A stretch of 64,000 bases of DNA from a bacterium (GCA_030650415.1 JAUSEG010000042.1:15052-79051); one strand, 5' to 3'; positions 16,202 through 25,560 are shown, counted from the stretch's first letter. Notes: generated by a model not told the origin, from the letters alone. Made by a program: numbers and translations.

Positions 16202-17920
16202 CTAGTTAATTTCAATCACCTCTCCCTGGCAATAACTCCCCAACGAATGGCAAATCCGCTCGATTATTTTCTGCCGGTCCGCGCCGCGCATGATTTCCGG
16301 CTTCATTTTTTTACTGACTATCGGCGTTAAAACGATCTTTAATTTATCATCGCCGATTAAACCGCTAATAATTACTCCCTGCTGGGTCTCGGCGGAAAAC
16401 ATCTGATCAAAAATAAAATTGCCTAAGGAGTAAAAAACTAATTTGCCATTAATGATCTGCGCATCCTGCACGACATGCGGATGAGAACCGATAATTAAAT
16501 CCGCGCCGGATTCTATCCATGCTTTGGCCAGTTCTTCTTGATAGGCATTATGAAATATTTCATATTCATTTCCCCAATGCGGCAGAACTATAACGAAATT
16601 ATTCTTAACTTTCTCCTGTTTAATCAATTCTTTAATATCACCCGTATCAGCCAGAGTATTAACCGGCAAGAGCGCTACGGTTATCTTGCCTTGCTTATAG
16701 CGTTTTATGCCAGTACTAGCATTTTTATTAGGATCGCCGCTCCAATCAATCCCGGCCTTTTCTAAAATTTCTTTGGTTTTTTCTAAACCGGCCGCGCCCT
16801 GATTCAGAGTATGATTATTCGCCAGCCCAGCCACGGTAATTTTTAAATATTTAAGTGCTTCAATAGTCTGACGGGAAAAATTAAAAACCAGACTATGCTC
16901 TTGAGGGTTTTGCTCAACATTTTTATCGTTAATCGGGCCTTCTAAATTTAGCCACGATATATCCGTACCCCAGAGCGTCCGATTCCCTAAATTAGCAAAC
17001 ATATCCAAAAAATTGTTTTTTTGAAAATCATAACCCACGTTCCGCCCAAACATCGCGTCGCCGGCGAAGGAAAAACTTAGCTCATCTTTAATTTTTACCG
17101 CTTCGCCCGCGCGGTAATTACCGAAAATATGAGTCGTGGTTTCGGTTTCCATATTCCCTGCCAAGAGTCCGGAATTAGTGTGAGCGAAAATATTAAAACT
17201 ATTCAGATTTTTAGTTTTGGAAAAATTAATTAACATGGCCAACGCGGCGTTAGAATCGGTTTCGGTCTGCCGAGCCTGTTCTCCATCAAGAGCCGCCAAA
17301 ACTCTAAGAGTTTTAACGTCATGAATCTCGGCGAGCCTGGCCGGCTGATAATGCGACATATCAACCGAAGCTAAAAGACCGCAAGCCGGACAGCTCTTCT
17401 CCAGAATCTCTGATAGTTTATCAATTTCTTCCCGATCGGCCGGCTCTTTAATAATTAACGGCACCAGCTTCGCCTCAGGAAAAAATTCTTTGATCTCGCC
17501 GAGCAAGTTTTTTATACCATGCTCGCTTAAAAAAGCGGCCGGTTCAATTTTAACCAATCCGCTTTTTTCCAGCGCGCCAATTACGGCTAAATCAGCGCTA
17601 ATTTTTTTCTCGCCATTGGCTACCAGCCATTCCTGGTCGCTCGTCAGAATATCTCCTGAACCGCTATTAAAATGATTGACTGAAACTAGAATAATTGTCT
17701 TGGGTTGCGACTCCAGACTTAATTTCTTCATGAACCCTTGCCTAGTCTCTTTCACTAAATCATGATGCGGAAGAACGGCGGCGAGAGGAATATTTTTTTT
17801 ATTAAAACGAAGCGAAGAAAAACTATTTTCATTTTTTAAAATTTCAACGGAAAAATATACAATAACCGATACTAGTGCGATGGCTATCGCCACACTTAAG
17901 GCAATCTTATATATTTTCAT
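16202..17920 (-). CDS. fusion protein: MEMO1/AmmeMemoRadiSam-B-like N-domain + CapA-family metallophosphoesterase C-domain
   Basis: N-terminal TM. The N-domain shows LPHHDL...VSVNHF...SEHGIKNLL (Memo-like). The C-domain shows FAGDAMFGRNV...ANNHTLNQG...PHWGNEY...GSHPHVVQ...YSLGNFIFDQ (CapA/PGA_cap). Confidence 0.65.
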   Translation of the reverse strand: MKIYKIALSVAIAIALVSVIVYFSVEILKNENSFSSLRFNKKNIPLAAVLPHHDLVKETRQGFMKKLSLESQPKTIILVSVNHFNSGSGDILTSDQEWLVANGEKKISADLAVIGALEKSGLVKIEPAAFLSEHGIKNLLGEIKEFFPEAKLVPLIIKEPADREEIDKLSEILEKSCPACGLLASVDMSHYQPARLAEIHDVKTLRVLAALDGEQARQTETDSNAALAMLINFSKTKNLNSFNIFAHTNSGLLAGNMETETTTHIFGNYRAGEAVKIKDELSFSFAGDAMFGRNVGYDFQKNNFLDMFANLGNRTLWGTDISWLNLEGPINDKNVEQNPQEHSLVFNFSRQTIEALKYLKITVAGLANNHTLNQGAAGLEKTKEILEKAGIDWSGDPNKNASTGIKRYKQGKITVALLPVNTLADTGDIKELIKQEKVKNNFVIVLPHWGNEYEIFHNAYQEELAKAWIESGADLIIGSHPHVVQDAQIINGKLVFYSLGNFIFDQMFSAETQQGVIISGLIGDDKLKIVLTPIVSKKMKPEIMRGADRQKIIERICHSLGSYCQGEVIEIN

Positions 17921-17935
17921 AAAATTGTGTACTTA

Positions 17936-18043
17936 GCCGGACAAAGATTTTGGTTTTGAGCGCATATGAAATCGTCGCATTTTTCTCTCAAAGAAAAATG
18001 TCCAGATTTCATCTTAAGCGAAAAACCAAAACCTTTGTCCGGC
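17936..18043. repeat. 108-bp near-perfect long hairpin (four stacked stems)
   Basis: GCCGGACAAAG/CTTTGTCCGGC, ATTTTGGTTTT/AAAACCAAAA, ATGAAATC/GATTTCAT, CATTTTTCT/AGAAAAATG, with a 5-nt loop. Confidence 0.7.
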
Positions 18044-18133
18044 GCTTTACGACAGAGAGGCGCAACAAAAAAATTAATTATTCCAGCCAACTGCCTTAAG
18101 CGAGAAACAAAAAAACCTTGCCCAGCTAAACCA

Positions 18134-19822
18134 TTACTTACCGCCAACGAGCAATCCGCCCCACTCCACAACCGTGAAACCTTTTCTCTCAAAGCCTTGG
18201 AGCTGTTGCGGCTTTAAATTAGTCACTTCGGTGTCCTGACCGACAAAATCCAAGAAGACGCGAGCTACCGTCTCCGGCCTGGGCAAAATAAAGAGCGGCG
18301 CCAATTCATTCATCTCAGAGGTATTAAGCCAGGTTAAACGGACGAAGGGCGTTGCCGGCATTTTCGGCAGCCAAAATTCCATAAAATCTTCCGCTTCATT
18401 TTTATTTAAACCAAGCGCAGCTAAATCACGACGCAGCTCGGCTTCTATATTTACCGTTTTTACCACACGGCCGGAAGTTATGACCGGATACTCTCCCCGA
18501 CCCAAGCCTTCCCAATATAAGTTTTCATAAACCGCGCCGTCAGAATTAATAATTCTGCCGTCCGGATAAGCGGTAACTCGCCAGCCCGCGCCATAATTCG
18601 GTTCGCTAATCCTGACATTAGCGCCAACCTTCACCTTAACATTAGTTTTACTTTCCGGGTAAAGATAAATTACCGGCTTGCCGCATTCAGCTAAGGTGCT
18701 GTAGTTACTATCGTATAAAATATGATAATCACCCAGAGCGTCGCGCCAGATAACCGCTGGCTTCTTGGCTGCTAATTCTTCATAAGTTAGGACTGGCTGG
18801 TCATCATAGTCGACCGTGCCGGTTCGGCCAATTTTATAATAGTCAAATATCACCTTAAACAATTCATCATTAGCAGCTTTAGGCGCATATAAGGCGCCAC
18901 CGACACTAGTCGTGCCAATTAAAGATAAACGATCAGTTAAATCGCCGGTCGCAATAACCGGAGCGGAGATGGAACAACCACTAGACATAGTGTCATTAAA
19001 TTTTTTGGCTTTAAACTCTTGGCTGGCGCTATTAAAGGTGGCGATTAAAGATTTGTCATCGGCCAAAAAAGCTAGGGGCATATAATAATGCCAGGCGGTA
19101 GAATCAGGGAGTTTAAGGACATATTCCGCGAAAAACAAATTATGATCCTTAGCGGTTAATTTTTTATAGAAATCGCCGCTGGCGGTTCTGCCAATTTTTT
19201 CCAATTTATTCGAAGATAACTCTTCCTGATTATTCCAGTCTAACGGCATTTTATCAGACCATTCTTGCTTAATGAAAGTTATACCGCTTAAGGTTACTTT
19301 TTTTGGCGCGTTCAATGAAATAAAATTGCTCATTCTATCAACCGCCGCCTTGTTTATCATCTCCGCTTCGTTGCCTTGAAACTCGGAATTTTTACTGATT
19401 AAAAAATATTTTCCTTGCGCCGTTTTATGAAAACGCATGATTTGCTTGCCGCCCGGATTCTGCGGTTGAATAAATTCGTTAATAATCTCGCCGCCGTTTT
19501 TTACCGTCGCCACCCGATAGTATTCCCGCTCCGGCAGGCCGGTTGGATCGGTAGTTGAAGCATAGTCCACCAATTTTAAATCATTAAGTTTAACCGGATC
19601 GATCAGCCACTCCACATCAGAGTCATAAAGCACTTTGGCCATCGTCTGGTCAGTGGGTTTATCTTTTCCGGCGGTCGGCACAGTCGGAAAATCGTCCTTA
19701 ACCGAAACATCGACCTTGGCATTTTCAATCTTCAAATTATTCAAGGTTAAGATGCCTAAATAAACCGAGCCAGCCAAAAGAAAAGCGCAAAGCAGAATGA
19801 TTAAAATTTTGTTTGATGTCAT
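18134..19822 (-). CDS. hypothetical exported/anchored protein
   Basis: 562 aa with an N-terminal TM/signal (ILIILLCAFLLAGSVYLGIL). No family recognised. Confidence 0.6.
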   Translation of the reverse strand: MTSNKILIILLCAFLLAGSVYLGILTLNNLKIENAKVDVSVKDDFPTVPTAGKDKPTDQTMAKVLYDSDVEWLIDPVKLNDLKLVDYASTTDPTGLPEREYYRVATVKNGGEIINEFIQPQNPGGKQIMRFHKTAQGKYFLISKNSEFQGNEAEMINKAAVDRMSNFISLNAPKKVTLSGITFIKQEWSDKMPLDWNNQEELSSNKLEKIGRTASGDFYKKLTAKDHNLFFAEYVLKLPDSTAWHYYMPLAFLADDKSLIATFNSASQEFKAKKFNDTMSSGCSISAPVIATGDLTDRLSLIGTTSVGGALYAPKAANDELFKVIFDYYKIGRTGTVDYDDQPVLTYEELAAKKPAVIWRDALGDYHILYDSNYSTLAECGKPVIYLYPESKTNVKVKVGANVRISEPNYGAGWRVTAYPDGRIINSDGAVYENLYWEGLGRGEYPVITSGRVVKTVNIEAELRRDLAALGLNKNEAEDFMEFWLPKMPATPFVRLTWLNTSEMNELAPLFILPRPETVARVFLDFVGQDTEVTNLKPQQLQGFERKGFTVVEWGGLLVGGK

Positions 19823-19892
19823 AAGTTTCTCTTATTTTTTATAATTAAATTTTACCACTTCTTAGCTAATCTTTCAACTTTGCTAAAATATC

Positions 19893-19918
19893 AAGAGCAC
19901 CCTTTTTGGGGTGCTCTT
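19893..19918 (-). terminator. rho-independent terminator after ftsZ
   Basis: AAGAGCACCC-ttttt-GGGTGCTCTT, a perfect 10-bp stem 23 nt downstream of the ftsZ stop. Confidence 0.6.
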
Positions 19919-19940
19919 ATAAAATTCATTCAATAAATTT

Positions 19941-21119
19941 TTACATCATTTTCTTCCTGATAAACGCCGGAATGCCCAATTCATCATCTTCCAATTCGCT
20001 AGCGCCTTTCTTCTGCGCCGGTTCGGCTTGAGCCTGCTTTAAGGGAGAAATTTTGCTTTTCTTTTTGGCAATCTCTTTTTTTTCATTATCCTCTTCGGCC
20101 ATGATATAGGGATTAGGAGTATAAACTCTTTCCGCTTGAATCGCTTCGCCGCTGACGCCGATGCGACGGCCATCAAAACCGGTCGCCACGACGGTTATCT
20201 TAATTTCATCTTTATATTTTTCATCAATCACGGCGCCAAAAATAATCTTCGCGTCTTCATCAGCCGAAGAAGTAATCACCTTAGCCGCTTCGTTCACTTC
20301 GTTCATGGTTAAATTAAGGCCGCCGACAATCGTAAAGAGTATGCCCCGAGCGCCTTCAATCGACATCTCTAAGAGTGGCGAGCTGATGGCCATTTTGGCC
20401 GCTTCAATGGCTTTATTTTCTCCCGAGGCCTGGCCGATGCCCATTAGCGCCGAGCCGGCGTTAGCCATGACCGCCTTCACATCGGCAAAGTCCACGTTAA
20501 TTAAAGCCGGAATGGTAATTATTTCGGAGATGCCCTGGACGCCCTGTCTTAAAACTTCGTCCACTATCATAAAAGCGTCGAGTAGCGAAGTTTTTTTATC
20601 TATCACCTGCAATAATTTATCATTAGGAATCGTAATAATCGCGTCCACTTTATCGGCTAATTCAGACAATCCTCGTTCCGCGATATTCTTTCTTTGCGCG
20701 CCTTCAAAAGCAAAAGGCTTAGTTACCACGGCCACGGTCAAAGCGCCTAAATCTCGGGCAATCTCGGCGATAATCGGCGAAGCCCCCGTGCCTGTCCCGC
20801 CGCCCAGGCCGCAAGTTATGAAAACCATGTCAACGTCTTTCAAAATATCTCTGATTTCATTTTGCGCCTCTTCGGCCGAACGCTTGCCTAGTTCCGGATT
20901 CATGCCGGCGCCGAGTCCGCGAGTAATGGTCTTGCCGATATGGATTTTTTTCGAGGCTTTATTGGCATGCAGAGCCTGGACATCGGTATTAACCGCGATG
21001 AATTCCACGCCTCTAATCCCGCAATCAATCATGCGATTAACCGCGCTGCCGCCGGAACCGCCCACGCCGATGACTTTTATTTTGGCAAATGTTTCAACGA
21101 TTGGTTTTACTTCGGCCAT
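19941..21119 (-). CDS. ftsZ: cell division protein FtsZ
   Basis: [22 protein letters not shown] and [13 protein letters not shown] motifs. The start is taken at [21 protein letters not shown]. The 25 upstream codons of the track ORF are repeat translation. Confidence 0.95.
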   Translation of the reverse strand: MAEVKPIVETFAKIKVIGVGGSGGSAVNRMIDCGIRGVEFIAVNTDVQALHANKASKKIHIGKTITRGLGAGMNPELGKRSAEEAQNEIRDILKDVDMVFITCGLGGGTGTGASPIIAEIARDLGALTVAVVTKPFAFEGAQRKNIAERGLSELADKVDAIITIPNDKLLQVIDKKTSLLDAFMIVDEVLRQGVQGISEIITIPALINVDFADVKAVMANAGSALMGIGQASGENKAIEAAKMAISSPLLEMSIEGARGILFTIVGGLNLTMNEVNEAAKVITSSADEDAKIIFGAVIDEKYKDEIKITVVATGFDGRRIGVSGEAIQAERVYTPNPYIMAEEDNEKKEIAKKKSKISPLKQAQAEPAQKKGASELEDDELGIPAFIRKKMM

Positions 21120-21123
21120 AGAG

Positions 21124-21213
21124 TATGAATAATGAATTATGAATAACGAATTATGAATAACGCCAACCGCCCCATTTCCTCCTCCGTAATTCATGATTCA
21201 TAATTCATGATTC
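21124..21213. repeat. inverted pair of ATGAAT/ATTCAT arrays in the ftsZ leader
   Basis: Arms at 21124-21160 (tatgaataatgaattatgaataacgaattatgaataacg) and 21186-21213 (gtaattcatgattcataattcatgattc). The loop carries GGAGGAGG plus an ATG. Confidence 0.75.
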
Positions 21214-21224
21214 TCTGCTTTTAT

Positions 21225-21251
21225 ATTATAACATTATTTTAAATATAGCAA
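21225..21251 (-). promoter_or_regulatory. candidate ftsZ promoter (TTGCTA-N15-TGtTATAAT)
   Basis: Minus-sense ttgctatatttaaaataatgttataat lies just upstream of the ATGAAT hairpin. The short spacer lowers confidence. Confidence 0.3.
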
Positions 21252-21340
21252 GTATTGTCTTCCATAGGTAACTTTCAATGCGTTCATGCGACTGTACAAA
21301 AGTTTTATACACCCTACATTCTTTTTTGCATTTGCATTTA

Positions 21341-21381
21341 CCATTATTCCTTATTCATAATTCATAATTCATTATTCATTT
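21341..21381. repeat. ATTCAT array element
   Basis: ccattattccttattcataattcataattcattattcattt, abutting the ftsA stop codon. Confidence 0.7.
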
Positions 21382-22650
21382 TCACGGTATCAGCGACTTA
21401 AACCAATCCTTAACTTTTTCAATGCCCTTGCCGGCCGCGCCGCCGAGGCGCCAATTCGATTTAGAACCTTTTTTATTTCGTCCGGTTAATTGATTGCCCC
21501 AAACCGCCAGGCCGAGGGCCGTTAAATAATTTATATCGTTCACTTTATCAATCGCCAGCATAACGTTTTTATTGGAGCCTAAGCAAGCCGGCAAGCGCAA
21601 ACGATTTTTCGCGGTTTCAACTATATCGGTAAGTTTAGCGCCGCCGCCGATTAAAAAAACTCCGGCCGGCAGCATGCCTGAACGATCAATTTTTTTTAAT
21701 TCATTATCAATTTTATCAAAAATTTCTTCAACTCTGGCTTCAATAATTTCCGCCACGTATTTTCTGGAAATAACCAGGCTCTCCTCGCTGATATTTTCTT
21801 CCTTGGCCAATTCGCTAATATCCACTTCGTCTTTTTTTGTATATTTCGCGCTCGTTGAAGAGCCATATTCCAATTTAATTCTTTCCGCTAAATTAATCGG
21901 GCATCTAAGACCAATCGCTATATCAGCCGTTATATGTTCGGAGCCGATCGGAATGACCGCCGCGTGAAGCAACTCGCCTTCCTCAAAAACCGCTAAGCTG
22001 GTTGTAGCCGAACCGATATTAATTAAAGCCGCGCCCAATTCCTTTTGTTTTGGGGCAATAACCACCTCGGCCGCGGCTAAAGGCGATAAAATCAAATCGT
22101 TAATTTCCAAACCGGTATGATAAATCGCTTTGGTTAAATTTTTTATCTGGCTGGAAAAGCCCTGAATGATCAGAGTCTCGACCTCCAGCCTGACTCCGGT
22201 CATGCCAATCGGGTCTTTAACATCTTCCTGATTATCCACGCTGAATTTAACCGGTATGACATGAAGAATCTCGTAATTCGGCGGCACTGATAAAGCTTGC
22301 GCGGCCTCAATCGCCCGATTGACATCATCTTCGGTTATTTCGTTATCGCTTCGGCCGACCGCTACCACGCCCCGGCTTTTCTCGCATTTTAAATTCGGCC
22401 CGTTAATACCCACCCAAACGTTAGCCAGAGGCACGCCGATTAATCTCTCGGCTTTCTCGAGGCACGCCGAAATAGCCGAAGTAGCGTCTTCAATGCTATT
22501 AACCACTCCTCGATTTATGCCTTGGGACGGCACGATAACCGCGCCTAAAATTTGCAATTGTTCTCCTGATTCATTCGCCGTTCTCTGGCCAACTACCAGC
22601 CTAACGGCTGTCGAGCCGATGTCCAGGCCGGCAATAATATTTTCTTTCAT
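21382..22650 (-). CDS. ftsA: cell division protein FtsA
   Basis: Actin-fold motifs (GLDIGSTAVRLVVG, IGSATTSLAVF, GGGAKL). Located upstream of ftsZ. Confidence 0.92.
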   Translation of the reverse strand: MKENIIAGLDIGSTAVRLVVGQRTANESGEQLQILGAVIVPSQGINRGVVNSIEDATSAISACLEKAERLIGVPLANVWVGINGPNLKCEKSRGVVAVGRSDNEITEDDVNRAIEAAQALSVPPNYEILHVIPVKFSVDNQEDVKDPIGMTGVRLEVETLIIQGFSSQIKNLTKAIYHTGLEINDLILSPLAAAEVVIAPKQKELGAALINIGSATTSLAVFEEGELLHAAVIPIGSEHITADIAIGLRCPINLAERIKLEYGSSTSAKYTKKDEVDISELAKEENISEESLVISRKYVAEIIEARVEEIFDKIDNELKKIDRSGMLPAGVFLIGGGAKLTDIVETAKNRLRLPACLGSNKNVMLAIDKVNDINYLTALGLAVWGNQLTGRNKKGSKSNWRLGGAAGKGIEKVKDWFKSLIP

Positions 22651-22691
22651 AAAAAACGATTATATTTGTATTTCAATTATACTAAAATATT

Positions 22692-23066
22692 TTAAAACTG
22701 TCCAAATCTTTCTGCCAAGTATGGCCAAAACACTAACAGGCCGACGATAACGGCCGCGGCCGACGATAAGAGAACCGCCGCCGCCATAATGTCTTTTATC
22801 TCCTTAACATAGCTATTAATTCTCGGCTTTAAAACATCGGTAATTCTTTCCACCGCGCTGTTAGTAACTTCGACAACTAAGACTAAGGCCATAACCAGAG
22901 TAAGTAAAATCCATTCTAAGTGATTAATTCCAAAATAGATCCCTAAAATTATAACTAGCAGGCTGGCGGTTGTCTGAATTTTTAAATTCTGCTCTTCGCG
23001 AAAAACTTTAAATAAACCCTTAAAAGCATAACCGAAACTTTTTATTAGTCTGCCGACTCTTATCAT
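22692..23066 (-). CDS. dgkA: diacylglycerol/undecaprenol kinase family membrane protein
   Basis: 124 aa with 3 TM spans. EQNLKIQ...VVEVTNSAVERITD matches the prokaryotic DAGK family. Confidence 0.8.
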   Translation of the reverse strand: MIRVGRLIKSFGYAFKGLFKVFREEQNLKIQTTASLLVIILGIYFGINHLEWILLTLVMALVLVVEVTNSAVERITDVLKPRINSYVKEIKDIMAAAVLLSSAAAVIVGLLVFWPYLAERFGQF

Positions 23067-23098
23067 AAAAATGTAAAGTTTAAAATATATTATTTTTT

Positions 23099-23256
23099 GT
23101 CATTCCCGAAGCCACAGGCTGTCGGGAATCCAGGGGTAAAATGTATAATTTTCATCTGTAAGTATATACTCACCAAATAAATAGTCTCTTATTTAATTTT
23201 TTTATTTTTATTGTTCCTGCTGTTCCCTCCTGGATTCCCGCTTGCGCGGGAATGAC
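23099..23256. mobile_element. 158-bp MITE-like element, GTCAT...ATGAC family
   Basis: GTCATTCCCGAAGCCACAGGCTGTCGGGAATCCAGGGGTAAAATGTATAATT...CCTCCTGGATTCCCGCTTGCGCGGGAATGAC. The subterminal sequence resembles the GIY-YIG element at 33139-33538. Confidence 0.7.
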
Positions 23257-23290
23257 AAAAAATGGTCTTTGTCATTTTGCATTTTGAGAT

Positions 23291-23767
23291 TTATATTTCA
23301 AAATTTTTAATAAACTCCTCCCCGATTTTTATCATTTCTTTCTTAGTCTTCACGGTCTGATCGTTATAACCTAAGAGATGCAATAACCCATGGACTAAAA
23401 TGAAAACTAATTCCTCTTGAGCGCTATGATTAAATTTACCGGCTTGCCGTTTAATTTGGCTGTAATCAATAATAATTTCGCCAAAAAAATCGCCTTCTCC
23501 TGCTTGCCCCGTCAAATTGCCCTCGGCACTATTTGATGGGGTGAAACTTAAAACATCTGTTGGCTTATTTAACTTGCGATAAGCCTGATTAATTTTTTTT
23601 ATTTCAGCGTCGGAAACGAAAGCGATAGAAACTTCTTTATGTTTTAACTTATAAACGCGCGCGAATTCGGCCGTTACTCGTTTAATTAAATTTAAATCTA
23701 TCTTATGTTCGGTCCGATTATTAATTTCTATTATTATATTTCTATCGTTCGTATTTGCATTTTCCAT
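23291..23767 (-). CDS. ybeY: rRNA maturation endoribonuclease YbeY
   Basis: HGLLHLLGYND zinc-binding motif (HGxLHLxGYDH) and the expected size. Confidence 0.88.
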   Translation of the reverse strand: MENANTNDRNIIIEINNRTEHKIDLNLIKRVTAEFARVYKLKHKEVSIAFVSDAEIKKINQAYRKLNKPTDVLSFTPSNSAEGNLTGQAGEGDFFGEIIIDYSQIKRQAGKFNHSAQEELVFILVHGLLHLLGYNDQTVKTKKEMIKIGEEFIKNFEI

Positions 23768-23795
23768 AATTCATGATTCATAATTCATTATTCCT
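23764..23795. repeat. ATTCAT array element overlapping the ybeY start codon
   Basis: ccataattcatgattcataattcattattcct. The terminal CCAT is the ybeY ATG(G) on the minus strand. Confidence 0.7.
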
Positions 23796-23851
23796 CGACT
23801 TAGCATCACTAAAATATTATTTACCACCTGAAACCTTAATAAAAATAACTA

Positions 23852-24862
23852 CTATTTTAGAGTAAAAGACTTGATCATCATGTTAAAGATATTTATATAT
23901 TCCAAAATATTATTTTCTCCGGGATTATAAGCCAGAGTAAAAATATTCTTTTGATTTAAATCCATTAAATATAGAGTCAAGCCGTCCGAGCTCTTTATGC
24001 CCTGCCAATTAACACCGTTTAATCGATCGATGTCGTTTATAAACGTAACGCCGAGCTGATCCATATACCATTCATCAAGCGGCTGCCCGGCTGCGTTAGG
24101 CTGGACGATAATCTGAAAAAATTGGTTATCGGCGGTTTTAAACATAATCGAATCATCGCCGCCGTTAACGGTTGACTGCCAAGCGTTAGGATAAAGCACG
24201 CTATAATTAAAAGTTTTATTTTCATAAGCCGCGATGCTGGGATTAGCAGCCAATTTATCCGAACCGGCCGGATTATATAAATTTAACATTTCAGCGCCAT
24301 CGAGATAAAGATCGCCGTCCGTATCCGGAGTTGAAGTGCCGGAGCCTAAAAGAATTTCTTCCGCGTCGGTTAAGCCATCGCTATCGCCATCTAAGCCGGG
24401 CGTTAAACCAACGGTTAAATCTTCTTCGACTGCCTCAGGAGTGCTGGTGGCTGTTGAGGTGGCTATATCGTCAATCGGTAAAATCACCGGCTCGATCGCA
24501 GACCCGTTTAGGGTTCCCGATTCTGGTATATTTTGATTAGCTTCCGGCTGGTTTTGACTTTGATCAACGGGTTTTGCAACTTCAGCGGCCGGCGGTTCAG
24601 ATTTAACGGTAACGGACGGCTGCCTAAATAAAAAATAATATACTCCGGCCGAAACTAAAATTAAAACCACTACGCCCCCGCCGATAATTATTATGCCGGT
24701 AGTTTTAGCGCTACTGGCTCTGACCGGCTGATGCCTGAAACGCTCCGGCATAGTATGAATAGCAATATCATCAATTTGAATTTGCTTTTCTAAAACCGGC
24801 GCTGGAACCGCATCTTCAATAGCGGGCTGTTCGTCTGGTTTTTTCTTAAAAAAATTAAACAT
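23852..24862 (-). CDS. bitopic membrane protein with Asp-rich calcium-binding-like (TSP3-like) repeats
   Basis: A single TM (GIIIIGGGVVVLILVSAGVYYFLF) followed by DGDSDGLTDAEEILLGSGTSTPDTDGD. Confidence 0.6.
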   Translation of the reverse strand: MFNFFKKKPDEQPAIEDAVPAPVLEKQIQIDDIAIHTMPERFRHQPVRASSAKTTGIIIIGGGVVVLILVSAGVYYFLFRQPSVTVKSEPPAAEVAKPVDQSQNQPEANQNIPESGTLNGSAIEPVILPIDDIATSTATSTPEAVEEDLTVGLTPGLDGDSDGLTDAEEILLGSGTSTPDTDGDLYLDGAEMLNLYNPAGSDKLAANPSIAAYENKTFNYSVLYPNAWQSTVNGGDDSIMFKTADNQFFQIIVQPNAAGQPLDEWYMDQLGVTFINDIDRLNGVNWQGIKSSDGLTLYLMDLNQKNIFTLAYNPGENNILEYINIFNMMIKSFTLK

Positions 24863-24897
24863 AATTAATGGATACTTGCGCTTAAATAAATTATCTT

Positions 24898-25560
24898 TTA
24901 TTGCGCTATCTCTAACAACTTTCCCGATCCCTTGGGATTATAGCCACTTTTAATTTCGTCGCCATCCTTAAAGCCGTCGCCGTCAGTATCCGGTTTTAAC
25001 GGATCCGTAAGATAAACCTTAACCTCTTCCCTATCGGTCAAACCATCCTGATCGGTATCTGGATTATTGGAATCGGCGCCAAGAGCCGCTTCTTCAGTAT
25101 CGGTCAAACCATCCTGATCGCTGTCTATGGGCGTATTTTCTATCGGCTGAATTGGCGGAATTCCTATTTCGTTAACTTCTGCGGCGGGCGTAATTACCGG
25201 AGCTTCAGTTTCCGGAACGCTTATCGGCTGTTCTTGAATAACCGCGTTATCGGTCGAAGGTTTAGCCGTAGTCGCTAATTTTAAACCGACATAGCCTCCG
25301 GCCGCGACAATAACCAAGCCGCCAAACATTAAGCCAATCATCAACATTTTTTTACTTTTTCTGCTTACTTCCTCGGGTATTACTGTCCCGCGAGGCGGAT
25401 TGGAGCTATCCTGGCTTGGCATAAAGACCTCCGGCTTAACGGTTTTATCGACTTCAGAAAAAATATCTTCCGCTCTGGCCGGCGCGGGCGGAAGCGGCGC
25501 GCCCAAGGGTCTCTGATTAACCGGGGGCGTGGCTTGGTTGTTTTTTACTTCATCAAACAT
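24898..25560 (-). CDS. bitopic membrane protein with TSP3-like repeats
   Basis: A TM (MLMIGLMFGGLVIVAAGGYVGL) followed by DSDQDGLTDTEE...NPDTDQDGLTDREE...PDTDGDGFKDGDEIKSGYNPKGSGK. Confidence 0.6.
   Translation of the reverse strand: MFDEVKNNQATPPVNQRPLGAPLPPAPARAEDIFSEVDKTVKPEVFMPSQDSSNPPRGTVIPEEVSRKSKKMLMIGLMFGGLVIVAAGGYVGLKLATTAKPSTDNAVIQEQPISVPETEAPVITPAAEVNEIGIPPIQPIENTPIDSDQDGLTDTEEAALGADSNNPDTDQDGLTDREEVKVYLTDPLKPDTDGDGFKDGDEIKSGYNPKGSGKLLEIAQ

Noticed and set aside
17917-18217. 91-aa minus-strand and 83-aa plus-strand ORFs in the 17.9-18.2 kb spacer
   Set aside because: Both are produced by translating the two strands of the long palindrome, giving mirror-image peptides. They overlap the end of the 18134 gene and carry no coding signal.
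20161-21132. 323-aa plus-strand ORF (and a 62-aa one) overlapping ftsZ
   Set aside because: This is a shadow ORF antisense to an unambiguous FtsZ. It has a Ser/Ala/Pro-rich low-complexity translation and no independent signals.
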